Part shown: one piece after another, positions 39,089 to 52,642 of the stretch
Layout of the letters: each line of letters starts with the position of its first letter
How positions within the stretch are numbered: position 1 is the stretch's first letter
DNA from: Curvularia clavata
Lineage: Eukaryota
Assembly (NCBI GenBank): GCA_023920165.1
Contig: CP089276.1
Span: 2,232,001 to 2,296,000, forward strand
Direction of reading: 5' to 3'
Length of the DNA stretch: 64,000 nucleotides
The notes under the pieces: model-generated
What the model saw: the letters and a program-made list of their open reading frames with translations, nothing else
The model's database searches: none
Told to the model about the DNA's origin: nothing
Position numbers and translations under genes: made by a program

Positions 39089-42000
39089 ATGAGGGACTCG
39101 TTCGCTGCCCTCCTGCGCACAGGGGCAGGCAAGCTCGCCCTCTCGCTGCTACTCGCTTCCCCGACAACAGCAATCACTTTCAAACAGGTCCCCGACCCCA
39201 ACCTCAGCCTCGGTGACCTTGGCCGGATAGCTTTCACTGGAGACTTTGACTCAATATCCCTATATCAGTACGAAGGCCAAAGCCAGCAATACCCCGGTCG
39301 CAACGGCGCCCTGCTCTCACGCTATCCCAATGGCGTCTTTGCTACCATCAATGTGACGGATGCCGACATCAAGGCCATGTGCGCCCTGCCTGTCAATGGC
39401 GCCGAACGTGTGGTATTCGCCGGCAACTTCACAGGTGTTGGTAACATGCCCACGCCTGGAGGCATTGCCCTGCTGGATCCCACAAACGGCAACGTCCAGG
39501 CACTCGAAGGCCTCAGCGGATCTGTCAACGCCCTCTACTGCGATAGAGAAGGCGAACGTGTCTATGTTGGAGGAAGCCTCTCTGGCGCCAACTCGACAAA
39601 CGCCCTGGTTTGGAAGAACGGCTGGCAAGATCTTTCCTTCCACGGCTTCAACGGCCCCATCCACTCCATCACGCGTGCCTCTAACGACAACATAATATTT
39701 GGAGGAGAATTTAACGGCCTCGGTGGCAATGAATCTACCGTGTCCAGCGAGAACAACACACAGGTTATTCCCATATCCAATGCACGCATCTCTGCCCAGA
39801 CAAGCTCTGGTATCAATGGCTTCACAGACCCCAGCAGCATTACCTGCAAATCCGATTATTCAACTCAAGGCGCCGGCTCTACTTGGCTCTTGGCCGACCG
39901 GGTAGACGGTTTCTGGAAGGCCGAGTTTGGCTTCGGCTTCGAGCCTACGAGCTTGAAGATGTACAACACCGACTTCGAGGGCCGTGGTACCAAGACATTC
40001 CACTTCACGGCACTTCCTCTCGGTGGTATCTTGAACCTGACCTACACGGACCCCCAAACTGGAAAGCAGGCCTTTTGCGACCTTCGATGCCCTCTCCCTG
40101 AAGGTAACACTACCGCCCAGGAATTCTCCTTTGTCAACATTGTTGGTATGAACGCTTTCAGGATCGACATCACTGATCATTACGGAGCCGGCGCCGGCCT
40201 CAATGGCATCGAGCTCTTCCAAGATTCCATCTACTCGTATGCCATTAATGAGTTCAACGAGCCCAAAAACTGTGGCCCTACCGGTACAACGTCGGAATCA
40301 ACCGCTACAGGCACATGGCAAATTTCTCCATCCCAAGACAGCACCTCCGAGTACCTTGTCACGGTCCTCCAGGGCAGCCCGATTGACGCCAATGCAGCAA
40401 GCGTTACCTTTGTTCCCGATATCAAGCAGTCCGGAAACTACTCCGTCACCATTTTTACACCAGGATGTCAAGGTGACGGTACTTGCGGGACGCGCGGTCG
40501 GGTCAATGTAACGGCCGTGGCGGGTGGCAAAGCCGAAAGCACTGAACTCTGGCAGACGAATAACTTTGACAAGTACGATGAAGTCTACAATGGCTTCATC
40601 GACGCCACTGGTGGCTCTCGCCCACAAGTTATCCTTCAGCCGGCTGTTGGACAGGGCCCTGGTCCTCTGACGGTTGTTGCACAGAGAGTACGCTTCACTC
40701 TGTTGAAAGCGACTTCTGGTAACCTGAATGGCCTCTTTGAGTACAAGCCTGGCGAGACCGTAGATGCAGACAAATTCTCAGATTCAGTCATCAACGCTGC
40801 TGGTGCCAGCCTGGCCCCTCGAGGGAAGGCCTTGGTCACAAGCTTGGTCAGCGGCGATGACACTCTTTACGTTGGAGGATCATTCAACACCAGCGATGAT
40901 CGCAACAACATCTTCACCATCCGTCAGGGCGCTACTGGACCCGCAGCCCTCTCTAGCAAGGGCTTAAATAACCAGGTCATGACTCTGTACCACAACGACA
41001 GCACGCTGTATGTTGGCGGCAATTTCACCAACACAGTAGAGAACAATGCTCCTGGCCTACGTGGAGTAGCTGCCTACACCAACAATGAGTGGAAGCCCCT
41101 TGGAGCTGGTGTAGATGGCGTTGTCCTCTATCTAGTCCCTTTCACGCTGAACATTACAGACAACAGACCCGAGGAAGTACTTGCTGTCAGCGGCTTCTTT
41201 AGCCAGGTCAATGCTTTTGGCAACAATCCCGCCACCAGTGTCAACGACTTCGCCGTCTGGGTCCCCTCTCGTGGCAATTGGCTGCACAACCTTGAGTTTT
41301 ACTCCCTCGCCATGTCCGGCAGACTAATGACGTTTGCCGATGTTCCCGGAAGTACTCGTTGGTTTGGTGGATCTGTCTCTTCTGGCGCCCTTCTTGCAAG
41401 CGGTAGCGCTGAGCTGAACAACGGAGACCAGTTGTCGTTGGAAGCGTTCCCTGTCAAGATCCAGGCACAGCGTCAGCAGCAACAGGCCGCTACTCGTCGC
41501 AAGCGAGCTATTGTTGATGGACAAAACCTAAACACCACTGGAGTTCGCACTGGTACCTTTTACAAGGACAACGGCATGAACAAGACTATTCTTGCCGGCC
41601 ATTTTGCTGCAAAGGGCACAGACAACCAAAACATTACCAACGTTCTTATCATCGATGGCGGCGACTCGAACAAGGTCACTGGATTCAATGATGAGTTGGA
41701 TGCCAATTCCACGTTTGCCGCTGTCGCTGTCCTGAACAAGATTCTGTACGCTGGTGGCATCGTCAGTGGACAACTCAACAATGACCGTATTGCCGGTGTC
41801 GTCGCCTACGATCTCACTGAAAACGCATTTACTTCTGTGCAGCCGCCGCCGCTCCAGGGTGTCAACGTTACCGTCAATGCGATTGCACCACGACCAAAGT
41901 CGAGTGATGTTTTTGTTGGCGGCAAGTTCCAGTCTGCTGGTGCTTTGAGTTGTGCTGCCGTCTGCATATGGAACACGGAGCGTAACCAGTGGAACCAAGC

Positions 42001-42842
42001 AGGCAATGGCATTGAAGGCCAGGTGACATCTCTGACATGGGTTGGTGACACAAAACTTTTGATTGCTGGCAACCTTACGTCGGGCAGCAATCACACCAAG
42101 ATCCTTACCTTTGATTCCACAAACAGCCAATATGCCGTCATCCCTGGGGCCAATGACCTGCCTGGTCCCGTCACAGCACTCACCATCGCCAACCGTGATG
42201 GAGACCAATTCTGGGCCGCTGGACAAGCTAGCGATGGTACCACCTATCTGCAGCGATTTGATGGAGCCAAATGGATACCTGCCGACAAGTCCATGTTCGG
42301 CATTGACACTGACATCCGTGGTATTCAAGTACTTTCCTTGTCTGAGAATCACGGCGACGCCCAAATCATCGACCAGGACCAGGATCTTCTTCTTATGGGT
42401 CACATCAATATCACCACGTTTGGTACTGCCTCTGCCGTGCTCTTCAACGGCACCACGCTCACTCCTTTTCTGCTGGCCACCAAGGGCCAGGATGGTGAGA
42501 CAGAGCCAGGAAGCTTGTCTTCGATCTTTGTGGAGAACCCCAACTCGTTCTTTTTGAAGTCAGGTTAGTTACTTCTGCGAGAACAATACCCAATACATTT
42601 GCTAACAAACTATAGACAAGCACCTCGCCCTCTGGGCCATTGTCCTCATCGGCCTTGCCATCGCACTAGTCCTTACCTTCTTGCTCGTCGTCATTGGTAT
42701 CATCATGGAATGGTACCGCAAGAAGCAACAAGGATATGCCCCAGCCCCGACAACATATCCTGACCGGTTAGGAAATGTCGGACGTGTACCGCCAGAGCAA
42801 CTGTTCGGAACTTTGTCTAAGTCACAAGCCCCTGCGATCTGA
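39089..42842 (+). CDS. RAX2: Rax2 cell-polarity membrane protein
   Basis: Signal peptide, GDFDSISLYQY, YSYAINEFNEP, QTNNFDKYD, repeated LYVGGNF motifs. After one intron (~42564-42614) a TM exon LALWAIVLIGLAIALVLTFLLVVIGII ends at TGA 42840-42842. Confidence 0.9.
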
Positions 42843-43834
42843 GTCTTGTGAGCAATCGGCCGGAATTACGAACAACGGTACAGCAGCAGGTGGTCCTGGC
42901 ACGGAACCAATCTCGCACGCTACAACAGCTCTAATTCTGGTGGAAGTGGTAATGATAATAATGAATTGGGACAACCAAGGAGTGGCAGGAATGGTCTGCG
43001 AGAGCCATTCACGTGTCCACTGCTCGCCTTGATCTTGGGATAAGGTTGAACACCTACACGGGAGTCGTTCCACCCGTTGCCTTTCCTGGGCACCTCATCA
43101 GGCGAGGTCTGCTCAATCAAAAGGCTAGTGTGCAATCTGATTCTGCGGATATGATAAGCGCTTTTTTTTTTCGATCGTGTTCATCTCCTTTTTGGCGATT
43201 TCGGAACGATTAGATTCGGGCGATTGCACATGGTGCATGCTTTGCGACGGGAATTCTAGCTCTCTTACATGTCTCCTTCTCCAGAGACGTATAGGGTGCT
43301 TCGACATGCGCTCTTTTACTTTTCTACTTTTCTTTTTTTTTTTTACTTCTAGTAGCAGTGCTTTGATACCACATGGCTAGCGTGCAGCCCATAAGAGTCT
43401 TGTTTTATTCTCTCTTCACTCACTACCTTTCCACTTTCTCTTTTCTATATCAGCTTGCATTTGTGAGAAGAGCCCGGATCTAGGGAGGCTTGTTCGATGT
43501 GGTAATGTGTATGCTCTCCCACAACTAGTAAAACTAGGAAATCAAAACATGTTCACTCTCAAAGACAAGCTACCAACACAGTGAATAATAGATGACTGTG
43601 ACAAGTACAGCTACTCCTCAAAGTACAGTCGTGGGGATGTCGGTGAAAGAGTGATAGGAAAGTGAATGCCTTCTTTGAGTGTTTGATGGATAGATAGTAA
43701 TTTAGCAGCGAACAACGACGAATAAAGCTATTCAGCAGCTTTATGTCTTTGCATTTGTCTCAAGAAAAGAGTAATGCTTCCATTGATTCATCATCTCTAG
43801 ATGTTCATACTGGGAGAATCCTCAGCAATCAGCT

Positions 43835-45351
43835 TCACTCACGCTCAAAACCTGCCATCATCCGCTCCAGCACCGTATCGGTAAATGCCCAAACCGTCGA
43901 GCTATACGGCGCACACCACGCATACCCCGTAAACCACATATTCTTGTATCCTTGAAGGCTATACACCTGCTGCACAAAGCCCTTACGCAGCACTTCTGCC
44001 TCCTGCGGCCACCACGGCCGCGAGTGATCCGACGCTGCCTTAAACTCCACATTGCAGTCCGTCGCAGTAGAATTAGCTAGTCCAGCATTCTCAACCACCT
44101 CCTTCACCTTCTCCACCACAAGTGCCTTGAACTCATCGGCAGAAAGCGTATAATTCGCGCCGAAGATAGCGCGAAACAAATGTGCGCCGGATGGACCGGT
44201 CGAGTCGAGACGCAAGCTGTACGGCCAGTCTTTAATCGCGAGTTGGTTGGCTGGAACCACGGAAGCGGGCAAGTATGTGATTGATGTTTTCTCGGGCAGA
44301 CATGGAGCATGCAATATGCCTACGAACTCTGCGCTTGAAGTCCAGGGGGCGAGGGCGGAGGTTTGTTTTTGGTCTAGGTGGAAGGGAGAGAGGTTTTTAA
44401 GGGTGGGTGGCGCAGTGAAGAGGATGCGTTTGGCTTTGATGGTGTAGATTGTGTTGTTTGCGCTTTTTACCGTGAGCTGAATGCCGTTGGGAGTGTGTTT
44501 TGTGGATTGGACGGTGCTGGAGAGGAGGACATCGGGTTGCAGGAGCTGAAGAGCTCGTTCGTACAAGAGGCCGTTGTTTTGGCCGGTGGGACGGAAAAGC
44601 GTTCTATCCAAGAAATCTGAGGGCAGGTCAAGGAAATTAGTACGATTTTGTGATAATTCGAGGTTGGAAGAGTCTTGCACTCACCTTGAGTAAGTGATGC
44701 GCCGAAAGCTTGCAACACAGTCAGTGTCAAGATATCCCGAAGGCCACCATATCCCACGCCGGAAATCGATGCTATCCTGGGCACCGCATCCACTATCTTT
44801 TCCTTCTTTGCGAATTGCTCGAAAGGGAGTAGGAAATCAGCAGGGATGTCCTTCGGCAGCGGAAAGTTCCAATACCCAGGCTCTAAATAGTCTCGGTATT
44901 TCGATGTGATAGCTAGCCAGCGCGAGAACGCTTCGTTTGTACCATTGGTGCTCGGGGCCTGATAATCTCCTAACACCTTGCCTGTTTTGACATCGACATT
45001 CAGTGGTGTTAGTCTCTCTGGAGCAAATATCTCAGTCGCGATGCCGAAGCGGGCGAAGAAAGAGGTTGCTGGGCCGTAGGGAAGATAGGATTGCACGCCG
45101 TAGTCGACAGTCAAGTTGCTCCCTTGAATGTGGTAGGTACTTGTGTGACCGCCTAGGTTGGGCCTGGGTTCAACAACAACAACAGTCTTGTTCAGGTTTT
45201 CGCGAAGGCGAACCGCGGCATAAGTACCTGATGCGCCGCCTCCGATGATTGCGACATCTCTGCTTATCTCAATGGGCCTAGGGTTTTTGGCGATTGTTGA
45301 AGTGGTATGAACACTGAGTAAGAGAGTTAGGATACTGGTTGTTCGGGCCAT
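43835..45351 (-). CDS. Secreted FAD-dependent oxidoreductase (amine oxidase-like)
   Basis: Signal peptide, DVAIIGGGASGTYAAVRL, LGGHT, C-terminal LQG..NMWFTG. One intron near 44630-44684. Confidence 0.88.
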
Positions 45352-46977
45352 TGTGGTGGAACGTGGCGCAACGGTACCAAGATGGGATGATCAGGGGCTT
45401 TTAAAAAGCCCATACTTAAGGCACGGTAAATAGCTTGCATACCGTACCTTATTCTTGGACAAGTGAAAATTCAGGGCATGCGGAAATAAGTTGAACATGA
45501 AGGCCGGCAGTTGGTCAGGATGTAATGTGGGAAGCTTGGCGTTGCGGAAATGGCTACAAATGTTACTGTTTTACTGTATGAGGCATGGTGAGCAGGTCGA
45601 GGCTCTTTCAGAAGGACCTGGTTGTCAGCACTAGGTAGTGGTTTTGGCCCCCAAGTACTATACTATGGATGGCAATCTCTAGCACTCAATGCGTCGGCAT
45701 GCATATAATACCCGGGAAAATATAGACTCGCTTCGCAGGGCAGACGTGTTGAGCTGCAAGATATATTCGCGGGCAGAACCAACTAGGTTAGTAGAGACCC
45801 CGATGGGGACTTTTTTCCGTTGAAATAGCCAGGCAGTAGTTGTACTCATACGAGCCTCCTCGAAGGATGCAGTCAGGTGGGGGTGGTGGGGCACATACGG
45901 GTAGTTATGGAGTAAGAATTACAGCCAATTTCACATACCTTGCATCCGAGAACGATGTTTGCAACGTAGACATGTAGTATTTTGGCCAGAATAGTATTGT
46001 GATAACTACATGTCTTACTGTTGTAAGAGATTCCCTGAGTCCAAACACATTGTATACTGCAAGATAGCACGTATTTGCCTGGAAGCGTTCCTCTCATATG
46101 GCGATGGATACATCCGGGGATGACTTCCCTCTTGCTCATTGGACATGAACACTGGCTAGGTAGTGATACGCGATTCACTCAGCATGATCATCCAGACTCG
46201 TAACGGAACCGCTTCCGAGTACCAGCTTGTTGTTGCCATGTCCCGCTTTGACGTATACAAGTTCGCACACATCGCATTAGCGCTTCCAGCATGGTTTGAA
46301 CTTGTCGACCCGACGCTGTAGTTTCACTCGGACTCCATATTAGAGAGTTTGTTGTCCGACTCGAAATCGCTTTTGTCGATTGCAATGGCTGGAGCTGGGG
46401 CTTAAAATGCCTCATCATCGACGGCAGCAGCTTCAACGTGTCGGCACGATCGAAAGTGCTTTCTCAGAATTACCTCTGTGTCGTAGCAATTCACACAGGT
46501 AGGGCAGATACATCTCTATTCTGCTTTATTTCTGGCCTGACGCTCCCTTTTCTTGAGCAAACTTGTTGATGATATCTATAGAGAAACTCTGGTAACGGGC
46601 TGTTATTGGTGATGGCATCCGCTTCGCTCTATGCTGGTTCCTATTTTCCTTCATCTTTTCCCGGAGTACATAGCAAGGGAAATAGAATCTTTTCTGTTCA
46701 TCCTTGCGCAGCGCATCATTCCAAAAATTGATTAGCAACGTCGCCATTGGCGATTGTCTCGGCATTCTTTTTATGCCTCCTAGGCCTTCACTGTCTTCGG
46801 TTCAGGAAAGAGTGGAGTCAGACTCGGAATAAACGGAAGACGCAGACGGTGAGAAGGGGAATTGAGTTGGCGAGTTGATTGCATAGCCGGGCCGCCGAAC
46901 CAATATGATTGAGATTGTTTTCTCGAAGTGACATGCAACAGCAGGGTAGTGTTGAATCGATCAAGCAGGCACTCTGC

Positions 46978-48811
46978 TTAATCCGTGTTAATCTCTAATC
47001 CCCTCTGCTCGGCTTCGAGTCTAGCATAGTCCCACTTCTTGCAGTCGGCCAAGAGGCCTCTGAAACCCCACTCCTGCAAACCAAGCAACTCCTCTCGGCT
47101 CTTCTTCATATCATGTTCAAGAGCCGACTTAAACTTTAAGCCCAGGAAGATGAATTCTTCATCCATGCGCTCGAATACGAATGTGAATAGGTCGATGTCA
47201 TCTTTCAGGCTCTCGTCACCACTCAAGCGCCACTGTATGACAAGAACACACGCTGCAATGTATAGCGACGACCCGATATGTGCGGAGAGTAACAGGTCGA
47301 CGGAAATGCGTGATGCGTCTTTGGCAACTTGCGCAACATTGCGAGCCGCTATTAAAGCAAGGCTGGACGGTGAAGTAGAGTCCGGACTCGATCCTTGCTC
47401 GCGACGCCGATAGTGCAGTATTATCGCCATGGCATTCAGAGTGACTTGCAGCCATACCACATGCTCGCGGTCTGCTGGAGGGGCCGCCAGTACGGAGCTG
47501 GCTTGACGGGGGAGGCTAATTCGGAACTTGACAATAGAGTTGTCTAGCTTGGCGCAGTTTTCAGCGTATTCGGGTGAGTCTGGCGAGCTATGGGGAGAAT
47601 GTACCAGTTCGCTAACTCGGCCTAGTAGCACATGGGCGATCGCTATATAGTGTAGCACGTTCAGAGGATCTTTTGCAGACGATGATGAACATATCAGTTC
47701 AGATAGGTTACGCGTGAAAGGTGTGTTGCCATCACAAAGCGTGTGTGACTCTGGGTCCATGGCCTGGAATGCCGACTCAGGCTTCGGAAAATCGACCTTA
47801 AACTGCGTCTCGGGTATGGCCACTGGCCAGCCTGTCGGCCATGAGTGCGTTCGGTCCATCATGAAAAGTAGCCACAGGGCTCGTCGATGCTCTTCTTTTT
47901 CAACTGAAGTCTTTCCTTGATTCAGATTCGGTTGGGGTGTCTTTCCGCAATTTGCATCGACGTTCAGACAAAGGACGACTGCCTGTCTCCATGCTTTACC
48001 AAGGAAGAGCCAGCTCGATGAAAAGTCGCCTATAGTCCAAGCATGAAATATGAGAAGTAACACAGCTTGAACAATGCGCAGAAACGGTTCCGGCTTTTGG
48101 CGAGTAAGTTCATAGGAAAACTTTGCTTGCTCGTACCAGTCCTTTGAACGTCTCTTAATCGTATCTTCAGGATGGTGTCTGGCTGCCACACAGCAAATTG
48201 CGTAGAGTAGGATGGGCGATTCGTTCTGCAACTGGCCGCTTTCTATAGCGAGAAAGAGACGCTTCTTGTGAAAGCAGGGAAACATAGGATAAAGGTGCTC
48301 GAAGAATATGTTAGCGAGCTGGACAATGACAATTTGCGGAGGAAGTTGAAAGTTCTCTGGCGGCTCCAAACTCATCATCTCATCGGCTGGAGTATCAGTA
48401 GTTCCAGGCGTAGGATAGCTCAATAGAGGGTCCACGTGCAGTAGAGGGTCGGTGCCTGGGAGACCAAAGTTCGTGCCTGTGAATGGAATGAATGCTAGTG
48501 GATTAGGTTGCGTCATATCAAAACTGGACGACAAAACAACTGGGTCTGGACTGAGTGGATTTTCCAGGTGGGTTGTAGTAAGTGCACTGCTGCCCTGATG
48601 TGAAGATGGTGTTGCGTATTGGCATCTAATACTCAATTTTCTACACAGAGAACAGCTCGGATGCTCGGCCTGTTATCGCATATTACTATTACTGGGAACC
48701 CAAGCATGAATGCAGCACGCAGCTTACATCGCATTTCTTCTTCCGCTGTCGGCAACTGGTGCACGCTTGCTTCCGTTTTGCGACCGAAGCCGGTATAGTT
48801 AAGGTTACCAT
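46978..48811 (-). CDS. Zn(II)2Cys6 transcription factor with fungal-specific TF domain
   Basis: [31 protein letters not shown] across an intron; [15 protein letters not shown]. Confidence 0.92.
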
Positions 48812-49629
48812 CTTAGTGAGCAAGGCCGCAATCTAAACATGAAACTCAAGAGACTCTGGTGCTGAGATGAAGTGAGAAAGAACCAAGCAGAATGATGCGT
48901 CACGTTTGAAGAGGGTAGCAGATTTCGCGGAGTTAGCTCGGAGTTAAGCCTTCTAACATTCATTGGTCACTGTGAACTCATCAGTAAAAGCAAGCATTTC
49001 AGATATCCACACTGGTAAGCACCAAGGCGATAAGGAAAACCTTTCTGAAAGGGCATTTTATTTTCCATCTTTGATATTTAGTCGAGACAAGTTTAGGATA
49101 TTAACTCGGTTTTATCGCCAAGGAGAGTGTATAGCTGGAAGACTGTACTGTCGCGATCCTCGCCATACAATCATCTTGAGATTCAGAAAATCCAATCTAA
49201 CAAACTCTTTGTCTTCCAAAATCACTTCATAAAGGATAGATTTTGGAAGCATTAGGATGAATATGAAGCAAGGTGATGAAATCTACCGATGGCATACTCT
49301 GTGCGAGGCCTTGTTTCTGTAGTGAGGAGAGCACTTTAAGAGCAGGGGATGAGCGTACATGAGAGTAAGTTTCTATACAAATTGAAACTGTTCAAAAGAA
49401 GAACTTGAAATGAGTACTGATTTAAAGACAAATTTGTATATCCTAACAACTTCCATGCTGAATGCCTGAATGCGTAAATGCCACATAAGAAAATGTCACA
49501 ATACAAGTGGCCAAATGATAATGGCACCCATGCCACCCATATGATACCTGATTTGATCCTGCTTCTATATATCAGCGGCCGTCATACACAATCTTTTCAG
49601 CACCTATAAAACGTAACCATCTTTGTATT

Positions 49630-50601
49630 TTATCCCTTGACAATCTTGACCCCCTTCCCTTCATGCTTTTCCAGCCTTCCTACAATCATCTTCGTAAACC
49701 ACTCATCCACATACGACTTGTCTCACATCTCCCAAAACCTGCCTGGGCCATTTCCTTGTTTGCAAGCCAGCCTATCTGCGTAAATTGTACGTAGCCCTGA
49801 CATGTGCCTGCTAAAAGTGTTGACCGTGTCAGGGTACTCTTTCTTGATGAAAAGCCCATACAAGGGGTTGAACCGCCTGAGATAGGCTTTCTCCTTCTTC
49901 TTCTTGGCAATGTGCTCGTAATCCAATATTTATTAATAATTGAACGCGTCCCGACCGCTCGGTTCGATGGTGGTTATGGCAGCTAACTGCGCAGGGCTCC
50001 GCTTTGAGAGCCACGAATCTTCTCTGAAATAGCCACAGAAGTTTTGGCCAAGGTCACAGGCCCCTAGACTATCGTGAAGGAGGAAGGTGTTGAGGCGGTA
50101 GCCCAGTGTAGCTGTCTCGGCATAGATCTGACGGCAGACCTGGGGGAGCTGGCATGCTGGGATGGAAGGGGTCCAACCGAGGTCATAGAGAGTAGGCCAG
50201 TCTTCAGTCGAGTCCACATCTGCTTCTTCTGTGTCTATCTCGGTCGAGACTGTATCCTCGTCTGGAAAAAAGCCTTCCGGGTAGACTTCGCGAGCTTCGA
50301 ATCTGCACGAGTAGTCTAGGGCAATGTGATAACCGCCAATGGCGTACTCGAAGATCTCTTGACGGATTTCAGCGGGTAGACGCAGGAGAGGAGACTCTAA
50401 AGCATTCCGTTGGACCACTGAGACGAGATAATCTGGTGTCTGTCCTAGGCTAGCAAGGCCATTCTCGAGCATGACTAAGGGGTACTCACGACCTTCTAAG
50501 GAATTTGGCCGCTCTTGCGTGTAGGGCTCATCAGTCTTCTAATCCTCATGAGGGGTCGGGTCGTCGTTCGAGAGTGTAGGCTTCTTTGCTGGTAGCATCA
50601 T
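49630..50601 (-). pseudogene. Pseudogene of an 'SPLLRLPAEIR' (F-box-like N-terminal motif) hypothetical protein with four in-frame stops
   Basis: One continuous frame interrupted by TAG (50539-50541), TAA TAA (49930-49935) and TGA (49723-49725). Motifs ESPLLRLPAEIRQEIFEY and LPQVCRQIYAETA. Confidence 0.72.
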
Positions 50602-50902
50602 TTTGAGGCTTTTCTTGGTAGATACGAGAAATTTGAATGATTTGGAGATTTTATTTGGAAGAACAAGAGTGTATTTTCATGCATATCACGTAAATGCTTA
50701 TTGAGTTTATAGAGATCGGTGGTGACCAGTGAAGTAGGGTCGAAACTTGATAATGTCCTCAACATTGTTACGTCAAGAATACCCAAGTGTGCGCTGGAAT
50801 AGGAGACATTGCAGTACCAGGTCATAGGCTCGAATCCAGTACCATAATTACATGATATATAGTCATCAGGGCGTGGAAGCCATGCCAGTTTTCCAGGCTT
50901 CG

Positions 50903-52642
50903 TCAACTCACCAACGCCCACACCTCACCACTACCTGTTAATTCCCAAACGCTGCCCATTCTATCGCCCACCATACCTATAGCCCCCCCTCTCTCATCAA
51001 TCATCTCCCAAACACCCTGAGTACCCGTCCAACGCCAGATCGTCCCATCGCCATGCCTACTATATACCAAGCCACCTACCGCGTAAATTCCCACGCTATT
51101 CGCCTGCTCGATAATGCTCCAGTAGGGTCCCGCATTATCCAACCAAACGACTGCACCATCACTCTGTAGCTTGTAAAATTCATTGCCTCCCACTGCCACA
51201 GCAACATTCGCCGAGTTATCATCAACAATTACCCAAGAGTCTTCGCTGTACGGCCACAATGTACGCACCAGGTACCCGTTTGACAACAAGTTCCAAAGCG
51301 TCTTGTCATCGGTAACGACAATCTGCTTCGATGCTAGCGTAGATGGCTGGTCGATGATTATCCAGCTTAAGCCGGATTGACGTGCGACTGTGCCATCCTT
51401 GCGGCGCGAGTAGAGTTGGTCTGCTGCAGCAACGATATCAACAACATTTGCGTCTGTGTTAGTAATCGCTTGCCAGTTTGATGCGCTTCCTATTAAGCGA
51501 AACGTTGCACCATCGTAGTGAAGTTGGTAAAGCCTACCGTACGCACCTGTGATCTGGACGGTATCCTTGTTGTTGTCGACCGTTGCCCATGCGCCGTTCG
51601 TGTAGCGGAGTATCTGACCTGTTGAACGCATCTGATACAGCCCGTCATCGGTTGCTGGGGTAGCTGAGTTGGATGTGACTTGTAGGATGTTGGTAATTTT
51701 TGAACCCGAATCTATCCGATTCCATTTTGGCGATTTCCAGCCATACGCACTATGTATGCCCATCTTGTCATCGGGGTGCATGGGGCGTAGAGTACCATCG
51801 TAGTACGCGAACATGATAGCTGGCTCGACAGTACTGTGGCTCAAGCCAAGAGCATGTCCGATTTCATGTACAGCTGTGAAAGAGAAAAGTCGGTCGTCTG
51901 TCCATTGGTAGTCGTCGTTGAAGGTGATGTTGATATTGCCTGAAGACATGTAAACACCGTCAGAGAGCATTGTTGTATAGCCGTAGCGAGTATCGCCTTT
52001 CCCAAAAGGCATGAAGCGGAAGTTAATATCAGCTTTGGTATTCGAAGCAGCTTGAACGATGTTAAGAGGTACAAAATCCATCCACCTAGAAAAGGCTGCA
52101 CTGGAAAATCTTAGCAATGGCAAGATCCAGAATACACATACTAACCTGATGGTAGCCTGTTGCCGTGTCGTTGTCATATCACTTGAGTAGTTTTCAAAGC
52201 GCCAGGTCAACGTGCTCTTAGCCCACTTTGGGCCCCAGAGCACATATCGGCCATTTAAATCCTGATGTCCCTCAGCCTCTGCACTGTTGTACGGCTGCTC
52301 AGTTCCACAGCGAGGCCCACTCATCATTTTCATCATCTTGTTGCTGAATATACCCGTCACAGGTTCTTTAAGCTTTCTCTGTATCTTACGTATGGCCATT
52401 GTGAGGTTTTTATCTGGGATCGACGTGCCTGGCTTGAGCCAGCCATAGAGCTTGTAGAAGTCGTTGACATGCTTAGAGTGTATGTTTTGGTCAGCCTCTG
52501 GGGCACTCGTTGGGGTTGGACTTGGTACTGATAGAGAAGAAGTTCGAATGAGGGATGTAGTGCCCCTGGCGACATTGTGGTGAGGCGCCGCGAGACAAAG
52601 ACAAATGAGGCACAAGGAAAAGGCAGAACTGGCGAACATCAT
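50903..52642 (-). CDS. Secreted matrixin (M10 metalloprotease) with C-terminal repeat domain
   Basis: Signal peptide, cysteine switch PRCG, HEIGHALGLSH zinc motif, AIMFA Met-turn. Probable in-frame intron ~52101-52146. Confidence 0.92.
   Translation of the reverse strand: MMFASSAFSLCLICLCLAAPHHNVARGTTSLIRTSSLSVPSPTPTSAPEADQNIHSKHVNDFYKLYGWLKPGTSIPDKNLTMAIRKIQRKLKEPVTGIFSNKMMKMMSGPRCGTEQPYNSAEAEGHQDLNGRYVLWGPKWAKSTLTWRFENYSSDMTTTRQQATIRLVCVFWILPLLRFSSAAFSRWMDFVPLNIVQAASNTKADINFRFMPFGKGDTRYGYTTMLSDGVYMSSGNINITFNDDYQWTDDRLFSFTAVHEIGHALGLSHSTVEPAIMFAYYDGTLRPMHPDDKMGIHSAYGWKSPKWNRIDSGSKITNILQVTSNSATPATDDGLYQMRSTGQILRYTNGAWATVDNNKDTVQITGAYGRLYQLHYDGATFRLIGSASNWQAITNTDANVVDIVAAADQLYSRRKDGTVARQSGLSWIIIDQPSTLASKQIVVTDDKTLWNLLSNGYLVRTLWPYSEDSWVIVDDNSANVAVAVGGNEFYKLQSDGAVVWLDNAGPYWSIIEQANSVGIYAVGGLVYSRHGDGTIWRWTGTQGVWEMIDERGGAIGMVGDRMGSVWELTGSGEVWALVS

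Noticed and set aside
46188..46900. Short minus-strand frames that look like a decayed gene
   Set aside because: No recognisable motif or consistent splice structure; needs TBLASTN.
32134..48811. SDR, MFS, FAD oxidoreductase and Zn2Cys6 TF as a secondary-metabolite cluster
   Set aside because: No PKS, NRPS or terpene backbone gene, and the housekeeping gene RAX2 interrupts the group.
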